A stretch of 64,000 bases of DNA from Anthoceros angustus (Eukaryota > Plantae > Anthocerotophyta): the NCBI GenBank assembly GCA_010909165.1, contig VJWM01000068.1, positions 1 through 64,000 of the forward strand, read 5' to 3'. Below the pieces are notes generated by a model. It was given only the letters and a program-made list of their open reading frames with translations, was not told the DNA's origin and did no database searches. The position numbers were made by a program, and so were the translations under genes. Each line of letters starts with the position of its first letter. The stretch's first letter is position 1. This document shows, piece after piece, positions 50,364 to 61,762 of the stretch.

Positions 50364-53300
50364 TCATAACAAACAACCTTCCTTACCGAGCAGCCTGCTG
50401 TTCTTCTGGCTGGCGCTGGAACTGAGCTTATGCGACGACATGAACCTGCGGCTGGCGGAAGGAGGATCCAGCAGAGCCGGGAAGACGAAGGTGGACGCAA
50501 TCGGAGAGATGGCGTACAAGCTCTCGTCCACAGTATGCACAACCTCATCAGCCCGCTCCTCGAAGCTGAAATCGTCCTCGTCGAAGCCGTCTTCTCCTGC
50601 ATAGATGATCCTCCTGTTCTTGATCATCGGCTCGCCCTTCAAGCTCCCTGAACGGATTCCGCACTTTCAAATCCGCTCCTGGAACCGCAGAGATCTCCCT
50701 GTCCGACTCCACCTGCTCATCCGCTGAGCTGCCAGGAGCACTGATCCGAGTTCTTCCCGCCATAGCCACTGGTCGGCGAGCTCGGCCCCGAGCTCACCCA
50801 GCCCGTTCCCGAACGTGAGCCTCCCGAATTCTTTCTGCTGTCAGCCTGGAAGTAGGCGCCGTGTGGAACACATCTCGGTCCGGCGAGGTCGACAAGGAGC
50901 CCGTGGTCGGGCGAGTGAGATCTGCACGCGCCCCAGCTCCCCTGACACGGGCCTGAGTGGCTCGGCATCGGCGTCTGCGTCATCATCCTGCCGAGCTCCC
51001 CGGACACCTGCCTCGAGCCTCCGTCTTGAGAATTCCAGGAACCGGCATCCCCAGCTCCCTGACACATGCCTGACCCCATCTTGTGCATGGCGCCGAGCTC
51101 CCTGAGACCTGCCTGGAGCCGCCCTTGAGAATGCCGGGCACAGTGAGCCCCAGCTCGCCCGACACATGCCGGGATCCTGATGGCCTCATCAACCCCAGCT
51201 CCCCGGACGCCTGCCTGGGCGGCCTCCCGTGGTGCTGGTGCAGCTCTTGGGACATTTGCCGGAGCTGGGCCTCGGCGGCTTCCTAGCTCCGTCGAAGCCC
51301 GCCGAGCCTTGGCGTTGATCCCCGCATCCGCTGCGTCTCGTACTCCAGGTCGCTCAGGTCGGCGTCGTCCGGATCGAAGGTGTCCAGCGACTCCTGCCCT
51401 CTCTGCGACGGGCTCCCCGGCCGACCACGAGTTGGTATGCTGCTTCCTCCGCGTCCTGCTGCCACCCAGAATGCTGCCCGGGTTCTTGGTGATGCTGCTG
51501 GGCAGCGGGTGCACCTGCCTCGACACGCTCGCATTGCTCCCCAGCTGCTGGGCTCCGAGAGCTCCTCTCCTGCTCCATCCCGACACCAAATCGCCCACAA
51601 CAAAACAGACAGCAAACATGAATCCGGCTATCTTGAAAGCACAAATCATCCATCCGGCCATGCATGCTTGAAACAACCCAACACCATCAATCATCCTCGC
51701 TTGCATTACATAGCATGGCATGGCATAGCATCGCAAGTCAAGCATCCTTCCCGGACAACCCAACACAGCCAATCATCCTCGCTTGCATTGCATAAAAGCA
51801 TAACCGAGCATCGCACTGCAAATCAAGCATGCTTCCCAAACAACCCAATACCGTCAATAAATAATCCTCTCCTGGCTTGGCATGGCATTGCCAAACAAAA
51901 CAAACATACCCACATCATCCAAACAACCCAACACCATCAATCATCCTCCCATCCACTGCATTGCATTGGCAGCAAACAAAGCAGACATACCAGCATCATC
52001 CCACAGGGCGTCCTGGTCCGACTCGTGATCATCCGCGCTGTAATTCTCCTTTCCGTTCCTCCTCGGCACGCTCCTCTTCCCTGGAATCCATCCCGGTGAG
52101 AGTCACCAGATGCTGCGCCATCTGCGCCCCGCCGACGCTCCCAGGCCGCCTTGGGGAGCAGCACTGACCTTCTTGGCAGGGGACTGCTGCGGGGAGGGCC
52201 CGTGGGGGGCGGGGCAGTGGGGAGGGGAGTAGGGCGGGCTGGTGGGCGATTCCGGGCGGTCCAGGATGCTCACAGGGCTGGACTCCTCCTCCCCGTTGTC
52301 GAACGTCACCACCAAGTCCGTCTCGTAGAAGCTCACCCTCTTGGCCTTGGGGGGAGGAGCCGGTGCAGGAGCCGGCTGGGGAGGAGGCGGCGGGAGCGGA
52401 GGCTTCAACTGCCCAGAGAACTTCCCAGCCAGGATGCTCCTCATCTTGTCCGTGATGGACTTCTCCTTGGCGGCAGCAGCGTCCCTCTCCATAGCCGCCC
52501 TGGCCGCCGCAGCGGCAGCAACCACCCCGGGGCGGGTGAGCGGCCCCGACAGGCTGATGGTCTTCCGCCCACCGTCGTCCTGAATCCGGCTCCTCTTCCT
52601 TGTACTTGCTCACCCCGGCCCTGCTCCCACTTGAAGGGCACCGCGCCCGATCTCCGATTCCCCGAGTCCGTCCGCACCGGATTCTTGAGCTCCCCGGACT
52701 TGCTCAGCCTGGCGGTGAGGATCTCGGCGCCCACGTCCAAGTCCAGCTCGATCTTGGGCTCCTTGGAGCTCGGGTCTCCTTCTCCGGCACCTCGTCTCGC
52801 CCACTCCGGTACTCCTCCTTCAGCCGCCGAGCGCGCCTCCAGCTCCAGCTCCAGCTCCCGCTCGGGATCCAGATCAGGATCCGGGCCCAGCAGGAAGCCG
52901 GTCTTGGCCTGGATGAGGAAGCTGCTCTTGGCCTCGATCTGCGCCATGCGCGCCTCCACGTAGCTGTTGCTCTGCACGATCACGTCCTTCTCCACCTCCT
53001 CCAAGCCCTGCTCCGGATCCTCCTCCTCCGACTCCAGATCCCCCCGCTCCTCTTCCTCCGAGTGCTCATCCTGGGTCTCCAAATTGGGCTGGAAGCGGGC
53101 ATGCGACCGAGCATGCTGCGATTTCCCAGCCTGCCCCGGCGACGAAGATCTCCTCCGCTGCTGCTGCTGCTGCTGCTGGTTGCTGTGCGCGGCTGTCCGT
53201 ACCGACGTCGCCTGCGGCTGCGGCAGTGGCACCGGCACCGGAGGATCCCGAGATCTGTCAGCCGGGGACGAGATGGACTTGCTCAACCTCGGGGCAGCCG

Positions 53301-53703
53301 CTACCGGTGCTCCTGCTCCTGTTCCTCCTCTCCTCAGCTCCCCGGATCTCCTTGACGCCGCGCTGGGGTAGGTTCCCATGGTCATCTCCCCCGACTTGGC
53401 CCGCTCCCTCCCGACGGGGGCGAACAAGAGGTCCCCCGACCTGGCCGCTCCCGGCCTCCCGAGCTCCCCCGACCTGGCCATGTTGGAGAACCCGCGGCCC
53501 AGCTCCCCGGACCGGCCCGACCTGGGGTTCACGTTGCTGAAGCCGCGGCCGAGCTCCCCGGACTTGCCGCTCGCTTTTCCCGTCTCCGGAAGCTTGGGCT
53601 TGGCTGCCGGCACGGGGACTTCATCCCAGTCCGGGGGCCCGGGGTAGGGGGAGCTGGAGTCACGAGGGTGGCTCAGATCCGCCAACGCACTCTCCAGCAA
53701 CAT
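50364..53703 (-). CDS. Large low-complexity protein with a DUF688-like motif (GAVPFKWE) and many SGEL repeats
   Basis: ORF 52441-53712 continues through apparent homopolymer frameshifts into 52103-52525, 51283-51615, 50841-51255 and 50364-50642. One probable intron at ~51600-51990. Confidence 0.55.
51670..51990. repeat. ~83-bp minisatellite, ~4 copies, probably intronic
   Basis: caacccaacaccatcaatcatcctc-like units at ~51675, 51756, 51841 and 51924. Confidence 0.75.
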
Positions 53704-54572
53704 GGTGAGCACCCTCCCTCCCTCACAAGATTCCTCCTCCCTTTCCGAGATTCAACACTTGGTGCAATTCCTCCAAATTGCTACAGCCCGCCGGCGCCCA
53801 TCACAGCCCCTGCATTGCGCGCTCCCCGGCTCCTGCAGCAGAGAGGGTGGTGGAAGAGCGGAGCCCTGCTTCCTCCCGGCACGGCATGCAAAGACATTAT
53901 CCTCCCGATTCCCTGCTCTCTCTCTCGAGATGGGGACGGAGGGGAATTCTCAGCAAGGGCAATGCGGGAGGCTGCGAGGCTATCTTAGCGAGGGTGGAGT
54001 GGGGAGGGGAGTGGGGGAATCTGATGAGTGGATTGTTTGAGGTGGATAAGCTGCAGAGAGGAAGAGAGGAAGGATGGGGTGGCAGAAAGCAGGTGCATGC
54101 AGCTGCGCAAGGCAGGCACGCAGGGGCAGGCGAAGCGCGAGGAAGCAGAGCGCGCGACGCACACGAGAGCCGGAGCCGGAACATGGACGATCCTCTCCCG
54201 CACGGCCCGCACAGCTCACACAGTGGAGAGAATAGCAGCTATCGCCCAGCTTCCGACGCCGAGGAGGCGGGAACGCCTCCGGTAGGTCCGGCCCGGTCCG
54301 GCCCGCCGCCGGACCTACTTCCGGCGGCCAACAGGCAACGGCAACGGTCGCCGGGGCCCCGCTCGGCGCCGGGGCCCGGCCCGGAAACGTGGCCACGACC
54401 TCGACCTCCACCCGGGCTGCTTAAGTGAAATGTTTAACTTCGTTTCGCCCCACGCATTACTGATGCGCGCTAATCGCCGGCTGTGCCAGCGCCCCGCTGT
54501 TAAGTTAGTAACGGGGCCCGGAAATAGCAGGCGGACGTGGGGAGGCGGCGATTTTGAGGCCGCGCAGGGTCC

Positions 54573-55625
54573 ATGGTGCGGCACGTCTTCCACTTCGAGG
54601 AATCCGGTCCCGCCGTTTCCATCGCGCAAAATGCTGGTAAGGCACGAGTCGTGATGCGTGAATGTGTGCGCCTGGAAGGAGACGCGATCCGCGACTCGCG
54701 TCGCGGTGAACAGGGATGCGATGATGCGATGCTCTTCCTGGCGCATTTGTTGCGGCAGCACCTGAGACGGATGCTGCGCGCAGAGGAGACCCATGAGAAC
54801 GGATGGGCGCACAACGGGATCTCGAGAAAAGTGGTTCACCTTCTGACGCGGTCTCCGAAGCGAGAGACCGCAAACCGTTTTGTGGACTGATATCGGCGGT
54901 GCACACTTCCCGCTGCCGTCCTATCGCGTTCCGACAAGTTGTTGACCAGGCGTGCGGGTCTGGCATCTGAGGGCATGGAGGACTTGGAGACTCCAGATTT
55001 TCACATACTTCGATGCAGGTTGCATTGGTCAACTTGGGAGGCAGAGCACAGCATCCGGGACTTCTTCACACGGAACCCATCTGATGATGACCGACTTCTG
55101 AGTCCCGGGTGTGATGCACATACACACAAAGGAGTGATGGACTGACTTGTGTCTAGGGATGTCACCACAACAGTGTTGTAGCGCTGCTCACCTTCGAAAG
55201 AGCAGCGTTCTACCAGCTTCCATTACAACTTGCGAGCCTCTCACAGGACAGCCGCTTTCTGCCCTGACCCCGGATTCTGTGCCGGTGCGCCATGGCTGGA
55301 AGGTTCCTGGCCAGCATCACACGACTTGTCAGCGGCTACCAGGCTCGCAGCTTCAAGTTCACACACACGGCTTTCCAGCAAGCAGGATGAAAGGAAACAT
55401 ACCGGCTTTTAGACCACACTGTAGCCCTAAGCGTTCTCCGGCAGGATGGCACTGGCGGGATTCCCCAAACGGACATCCAGAGCACGGAGGTGGCACCATG
55501 CTACATTGTGGCTCGAGTCTCCACGCCTACGTCCTAGTCCAGGTTCCTGCCTCCTGCCTCCTGCACCTGCTTCTGGTGGACACCGTCGTACCTGTTTCTC
55601 CCGAGTTACTGGAATCAGGGTGAAC
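54573..55625 (+). CDS. Unidentified multi-exon gene; weak resemblance to TMEM33/UPF0121
   Basis: Splice-like boundaries (G|gtaagg, ggcag|) and fragments RVWHLRAW and ILCRCAMAGRFL. It lies between the DUF688-like gene (divergent) and YJU2 (convergent). Confidence 0.3.
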
Positions 55626-55673
55626 CCACACTTAAATTGGGGTTCGTCCTCCGTAAGCTTGCCGGTAACCACT

Positions 55674-57417
55674 TTATTCGGAATCAGAGTCATCATAAGC
55701 TGCACATAGCGATGCCAGCGAGGTATCTGCCACCTTCGTGGCAGTGACTGGCTCACTTGTTGGCGAGCCTTCCGTAACATTCCTTCCCCAACTTGCACCA
55801 CTGTTGGATTTGAAGCCACCTTGGGTTTCACGTTGAATGCAACAGCCTTTGGCCTTAGGGCAAATCCAGGAGCTGGCTTCTGACTGCTCCTACTTGGCTC
55901 GCCTGCAACAGTTCATCGACCGCAATGGAAGTTGATAAGTTTTACGGGATGTTATCTTCTTACTTGGTTTCAAAAAGTACCAGGACACAACTCGAGCGGA
56001 CACGTACCTTGCAGGTTTTGATTTGGCACGTGCTCTACCAGTGGATCCTTCGCAGAACCAGTTGAACTGCTAAAAAATTTGCGCTGCAAATGCATGTAAG
56101 AAGCGTGAGGAGCCATATAACCTCTACGAACATGCCAAGGGCTACCACTGGCTACGACAGCTTTCTCATGTACCTTCTTGTTCGGTGACATTCCTACAGC
56201 TTCTTCATCGCCCTCGACATCTTCAGCATCGTCATCATCCAGCTGCCGCACGTACTTGGCAGAATTCTGCAGCAGTAGATTCCGGGGTTTATAGTTTACC
56301 TTGTGATTTATGAATGAACCATATATGAGGCGAGCCAAGTGGCAACAGAAAAACATCACGAAGGAGAGTAGGGATGCTTGTCAGAACCTGGAACACAATG
56401 GTGCGAATAAGAGCTTCATCTTCCTCTGCTAACTCTTTGTCCTGCACAAGAAGAAGCTTTCGCTGTCAGGAATGAGTCCAAGCACCAGAGGAGAACTCAG
56501 ACAAATACGAGGCATATGAGCGCACCCTCTGCTGCTGTGTCTGCTTCAGAGCCTGCAGCATTTCCTCGGTACCGACAGTGGCATGCCGTGCCTGCAGCAC
56601 AGGAAGAAAGTTGTTACCTCCAAATCCAGGAACATCACCACAAGAAGTGCAACAAGCACATGAGGACGAATTTCAAAAAACGTGGGAAGTATACCAAGCA
56701 CATACCCTCATTGACTTCATCTCATCCAGGGCGGCAAGGATGTCCATTTCTTGCTTTGAGTCAATGGTGCGATTCTCCAGGGCTTTCATAGCATCACCCA
56801 TCTCCTCTGCATCCCTCTTCTTCTTCGCATCGTCTATAGCCTGTGCAGCCAATTACAAAAAATCAATATGCCTTAGACACAACCCAAAACGAAAGGTTAG
56901 CAACACACTTCATTTAATCCCTCCAAGATGCTGCCATAAACCCTAAACCCTGCTCACAGCACATCCTCACCTCGTCTGCTGCCCGCCAAGGCTCAAAATT
57001 GCGGGTAGCACCAGCCTCCATCACATAGTCACTATTCTGGGGGTCTGTCTTCATCGTCAGTTCCGCAGAGCACCGGCTGCATTTGAAATAGAATCTAAAG
57101 ATTTGGATCCCAAGTACGTCTGCAAGCCCACAACATATGGGTCACTGACTAGCTCTCACAGACACATCCAACAGTTTCGTTAACCTAACTCTCAAGACAA
57201 CTGGAGCGAGCTGTGAGCCCACCTCTAATACAATCCTCTTTGCGAGAATTGAACTTGGTGCCTTTGTAAATGTAGTTGCCACAGGTGTTGCATCTGATGC
57301 TCATGGGAAGCATCATCCGCACCTTAATCTGCTGATTTTAGCCTGCCTCCGGCGTGGAATCTTGGCCGGATCGAAATCCGGCGGATAATACTTGTTGAGC
57401 ACCTTACGTTCTCCCAT
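55674..57417 (-). CDS. YJU2: Splicing factor YJU2/CWC16/CCDC94, multi-exon, with homopolymer frameshifts
   Basis: [17 protein letters not shown]...[26 protein letters not shown]...[25 protein letters not shown]...RNFEPW...[26 protein letters not shown]...[12 protein letters not shown]. Confidence 0.95.
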
Positions 57418-57829
57418 TTCGGCTGCACGAAGCGCAACAGAGCCGGAATCCTCGGAGTACCGCAGCCACCACCCTCTGTACCTGCGTCTTGCCTTTCGGT
57501 GCCGTGAAATCGCAGCTCGCTGACGAGCGAGGCCAAAGAGAAAAAACAGCTCTGGATTTCCAGGCCGGTTTCACACAAGTCAGACGTAGGAGTAGCCTTT
57601 CACGGTGACCACTGACATGTCCAGTAGATTGAACCCGTATAAGACTAAATTAGGGATATTTTTAAAACAAAAGAAGGAACACCCGCTTCCACTTAAGGAC
57701 ATAGAAAACCCTGAGGTCACAATAAAGAAGGAGCAACTAAGCTCTTTGTCTAGAGTCACTCACAATACTTGTTATGTCATAACTAGGGAGATAGAATAAC
57801 CTATATGTTGTTGAACTAGTCAAGGATGC

Positions 57830-58150
57830 ATATCCGGCCGTGGCTACGGTCCATAAGACTGCAAGTACCTTTTGGAGGGCAATGGATACCCGCTGCCGAA
57901 AGAATGCTATTAAATAGAAGAGAGGTAGCTCGTTGCATATCTCCTATTTAATACAGGTAGCTCATTCCATATGTCCTTGCATGGTATGCTTTGGCACAGG
58001 ACTTATAACTTTATCAAAGTCCTTAGCCGATGCCCAATAAGTCTCCAAGGCAAGCGTGGTGAAGAGGTGGTCTACCTCCATTCCCCTATACTAAATATCC
58101 TTGAAAGGTGCCGCTCTAGCTGCCGCCCAACCTAGACGGTTTAGGATAAT
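57830..58150 (-). mobile_element. 3' fragment of a CRE-like non-LTR retrotransposon (restriction-like endonuclease region)
   Basis: GWAAARAAPFKDI*YRG...FTTLALETYWA...FFRQRVSIALQK matches the AAA..K..KY / F.PLA.ET.G / QR.S.A.Q pattern. Confidence 0.6.
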
Positions 58151-58949
58151 TAGGCAAATTGCATAGATTACCTACGTTCTTCCATCATACCAATATGAGT
58201 ACCTAGGTAGGTAACCCTCCTGATTATTGTGACTTTGTAGCCTTCTCCAAACTCTTTATTAGGTATCTAGATTATGGGGACTTTGGGTTGGGGCACTAGG
58301 CATATGTCCAATGATTACCTGTTTTACACAAATAAATTTAATATTAAAAATTTTTTGAATTATTATATATAAATTTTGTTTAATTTATTAATTTATATTA
58401 TAAGAGATCCACTATCTTACAAAGAATGTCCAGCCAACATGGTTGCAAACCCGGAGTTTCTCATGTTCTTTTGCTCCTCCTTAACTTGTATATTCAAAAC
58501 TGTTTTCTTCGTGGCTGTTGTCTCATGACTTTCGGAGCCTTTCCCAAACTTTGACCATATCGTACGGGCTTTCGATTTGGACACTATCATATCCAATAGG
58601 GGGCTCAAACATGTTTTGCCGAACTTCCTAAACGGTAACGAGCATTTTCTCGTTTGAGAGGACATGACTCATCATGAACGGGAAGATTATGGAGAGCGGG
58701 AGTATGTTTGAGGGCTCCCATGTTCTTATCTTAATGACAAGTTTTTGAAAGAGGGGTCTCAAACTTAAACTTAAACGAAGTTACCCGCCTACGATCGAAA
58801 TATCCATTTCCCTCCACATTCAACGACAAGCCCGCCACATTCAACGACAAGCCCGATTCGATGCAGGCATTGGGGGAATGCTACAGCCACTTGTATGCAA
58901 CACAAATAGCACATTCTCGCTCACGTTCATCCTTGGCATTTGTGTTTTC

Positions 58950-59575
58950 CCTCTTCCCGTCATGTGAAAGATTTCTCTACATCCTCTTCCTTCTCTGCAT
59001 CCTTTGCATTCCTACATCTTTCCCTACATAGAGCTCATACCCTCTTACGGTATGCCTTCTCCTACTTTTGTAAGGCGTCCCATCCCTTTGGCTGCTCATC
59101 CCAACCCTTTGCCACAAAAAGTTGTACTTCTTCTCATGCTCTTGTTTTGACTTGCAGCTCCCAGCCATCCATGCCCACACAATTGGGATCAGTTCACCAC
59201 AAATTGCATTGAGCTCAAAATAAGTACACAAAGGCACTGGCTCAGGCTTGTGGACTAATATGACAAGGGAACGTTATGCCATAATCTATGATTATTTGGA
59301 ACAACTAGATCAATTTACAGCCTTATTCGGGTCATCAAAGAAGACAAAAATTACACGTAAGAACCAGTCTAAAAAAACTGCATAAGCAGCGATGGCCGCT
59401 ACTCTACGGGAGTACGGGCTTACCAATACTGAAGGATGTAAGCTGCAAATGAGGGTGGAGCGCTACATACAAAAGTACAAGAAGGCTGCTCACTTCCTCA
59501 AGGAGACAGGACAGGGTTTGACGGAAGGTGCACTAGAGGATATTCATGCATATGTTTTCGAAGAAACTGAATTCA
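58950..59575. pseudogene. Harbinger Myb/SANT-like second ORF, split across both strands
   Basis: Plus strand 59250-59575: RYAIIYDYLEQ...AMAATLREYG...KYKKAAHFLKETGQGL...IHAYV. Minus strand from 59237: PLCTYFELNAICG followed by a charged tail. Confidence 0.65.
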
Positions 59576-60650
59576 TGCCAGCTAAAGCCCCGTCAACAAC
59601 CATCTCACCTAAACAAGCCATACAATTTTCTGTCACCCCGCCAATCTCTCCTTCATCTCAAGATCCCCATCTAGCCAATGCAAGAGGTATAGACTTTCGT
59701 GTTTTCTTTCTGCAAAGGCATCTTAATGTACAATGCTCATTAACATAACGCACCTTAGCTATAGCTATGTTGAAATCTGCCTTGTCTATTGAGCCACAGG
59801 TGTTTTTGTATGCAACTACCATATGGGGATAGTTTACATAGCCACTATCACTCAAGAGATATTGCCCAGGCTCAAATAACACGTCCACCATGATATGATG
59901 CCCAAGAGAGGCAATCTGCCTTGTCTATTAAGCCATAGGTGTTTTTGTATGTAGCTACCAAATGGGGATAGTTTACGTAGCCACTATCACTCGAGAGATA
60001 TTGCCCAGGCTCAAATAACACGTCCACCGTGATATGATGCCCAAGAGAGGCGGGGCAAAGTGTCTACACAGCTGCCTGGATTTCGTGCAATCATGATATT
60101 AAGTTTTCATAGCACAAACCTATAAGCTAAACAGGCAACGAAGCGTGAACTGAAGTGAGGCTGAAGCTTGTAGGCCAAACCTGCATATATGTCAAGGATT
60201 AATCAAGTAGAATATTCTACGCATGTCATTGCAAACAACTTGAGCATTAATATTGTATCTGCCTTTCCTATCACTACCTATGCTCCGTTGTACACATGTA
60301 AGGTCCGTTGAATGGAAATTCCATTGCCAGAATGCCCTAACCTATCAAGACATAGGGCCAATTGTAGGCATACAGGAGCCTGGTCAATTAAGGCATTACT
60401 TCTGCCTTGAATGAGCGAGGTACCTGGTAGACAGATACTTGGCAAACGGGACTCAGGGGTAAAAAGTTCACAGCATGCCTCATTCTTTTTTCAGTATGAT
60501 TGTCGGTTTCTTTCTCACCACTAGCACGTTCCAAGTGAAAGTTGTCTTCTTCCATCAAGAAACTCAAATCTACCACTTGGGCCACCGCCCCCAACACTTG
60601 ATGTCGCTGATTTACATGAGGCATTTTGTGAAGTAGAAGAAGACGAGCGC
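59575..60650 (-). pseudogene. Harbinger-type (DDE_Tnp_4-like) transposase remnant
   Basis: APVCLQLALCLDRLGHSGNGISI (HTH region) and GQYLLSDSGYVNYPHMVVAYK...FNIAIAKVRYVNEHC. The 139-bp catalytic segment is tandemly duplicated (59774-60051). Confidence 0.85.
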
Positions 60651-61012
60651 CACAGAATTCAAACTGAAGAATCCTCATACAAAGAACCCTCATACAAACC
60701 CTAACTTAAGTGACAAATGAGTTTTTTGATAAAAGGTTCGTACCATTTCCCGGTTTGTGGCAAATGGGGCACCCTAAATGGGTCCCGTCTCCAACATCCC
60801 GGATGAACTTACTGAGCATATTTAAGCGGTCAAATGGGATTCCCGTTTGGCCACCAAAACTAATGTTTGAGCCCCCTAATGATTACCCTTTTTGCATAGA
60901 TAACTTCATTGGAAATGTAGATTATGAGGGTTTTGGATTTGGATATTATTAAGTTCAATGATTATTTTTTTGCCGTAATTTTAGTGTATAGATAGGGCAG
61001 GTTTAGATAATA

Positions 61013-61762
61013 CTATAGCACTGAAGAAACGAAAGAAGCCTGTCCTAGAACGTAATCAAGAACAGCAGGAAGTTGACCTGAAGGCGCAAAGTGGGTGATC
61101 CTCTCGTTCCCAGGCCATTGAGAGAGTCCGTGGTATATAAATAATCCATGCGACTCCACGAGGTTGAGAAGTGCCCTGCTGAAAAGATTAACCTGGTGCG
61201 GATCATCAGACCTTCTCTGCAGGCCCAGGTCTGTAACGTCAAGCGGGAATAGTTGATGTCGATCATCTGGTGCATAGATAGGAGATTGTTCCGAGGAGGT
61301 CCAAGCATTGAAGTCTCCAACCAGGAGAATATCTCCTTGAGGCATGAAAAACATGAGATCTTCAGAGAGGTCTTGAAACGTGAAGAGAGGTTGGCCTCTA
61401 GCATGCGGAGAACCCTGAGGTGGAAAGTAACAGCATGCTATGAACAAATGACGGTCAGATGGAAGGATGGTTGCAGAAACCTTGATCCATAAGACCCTCG
61501 CGAAGGAGTCCTCCCTAGCGACACTGATGAAATCAGAGAGAGAAGATCGGAAAAAACAAGCGACGCCACCTGCAGCATTGGGGGTCTTTGAAGAGACATA
61601 ATTCCTGAAAAGAGACAAGGAAAGGAAGTTGGGAAAGGTGGGGAGGTGTCTAGCCTGGTGTTCGTGAGTTTCCGTAAGGAAGATCAAGTCGTGGCCCGCT
61701 AAAAGCTGGAGCAATCCGCCTGGTTGTGCCCATAAAGATCCATTACAATTCCAGGAAGCCAT
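61013..61762 (-). CDS. LINE ORF2 N-terminus: apurinic/apyrimidinic-type endonuclease
   Basis: MASWNCNGS, LIFLTETH, AGGVACFF, CYFPP, LLVGDFNA and LDYVL motifs. Confidence 0.93.
   Translation of the reverse strand: MASWNCNGSLWAQPGGLLQLLAGHDLIFLTETHEHQARHLPTFPNFLSLSLFRNYVSSKTPNAAGGVACFFRSSLSDFISVAREDSFARVLWIKVSATILPSDRHLFIACCYFPPQGSPHARGQPLFTFQDLSEDLMFFMPQGDILLVGDFNAWTSSEQSPIYAPDDRHQLFPLDVTDLGLQRRSDDPHQVNLFSRALLNLVESHGLFIYHGLSQWPGNERITHFAPSGQLPAVLDYVLGQASFVSSVL

Larger units (their letters stand above)
58598..60877. mobile_element. PIF/Harbinger-superfamily DNA transposon (both ends present), internally rearranged
   Basis: Perfect 15-bp TIR AGGGGGCTCAAACAT (58598-58612 and 60863-60877) flanked by the AAT direct repeat (58595-58597 and 60878-60880); encodes DDE and Myb-like remnants. 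Confidence 0.88.

Noticed and set aside
50717-53355. Long overlapping alternative-frame and antisense ORFs (e.g. 52151-52963 +, 52600-53355 +, 50717-51772 -)
   Set aside because: Expected shadows of a GC-rich coding region.
56937-56951. Telomere-like aaaccctaaaccct in a YJU2 intron
   Set aside because: Only two units; too short to be an interstitial telomere.
41990-57417. Calling TFIIIA copy 1, DPM2, NSH2 and YJU2 pseudogenes
   Set aside because: The lesions are isolated 1-bp indels, several in homopolymers, in otherwise conserved proteins with intact splice sites. Sequencing error is more likely.
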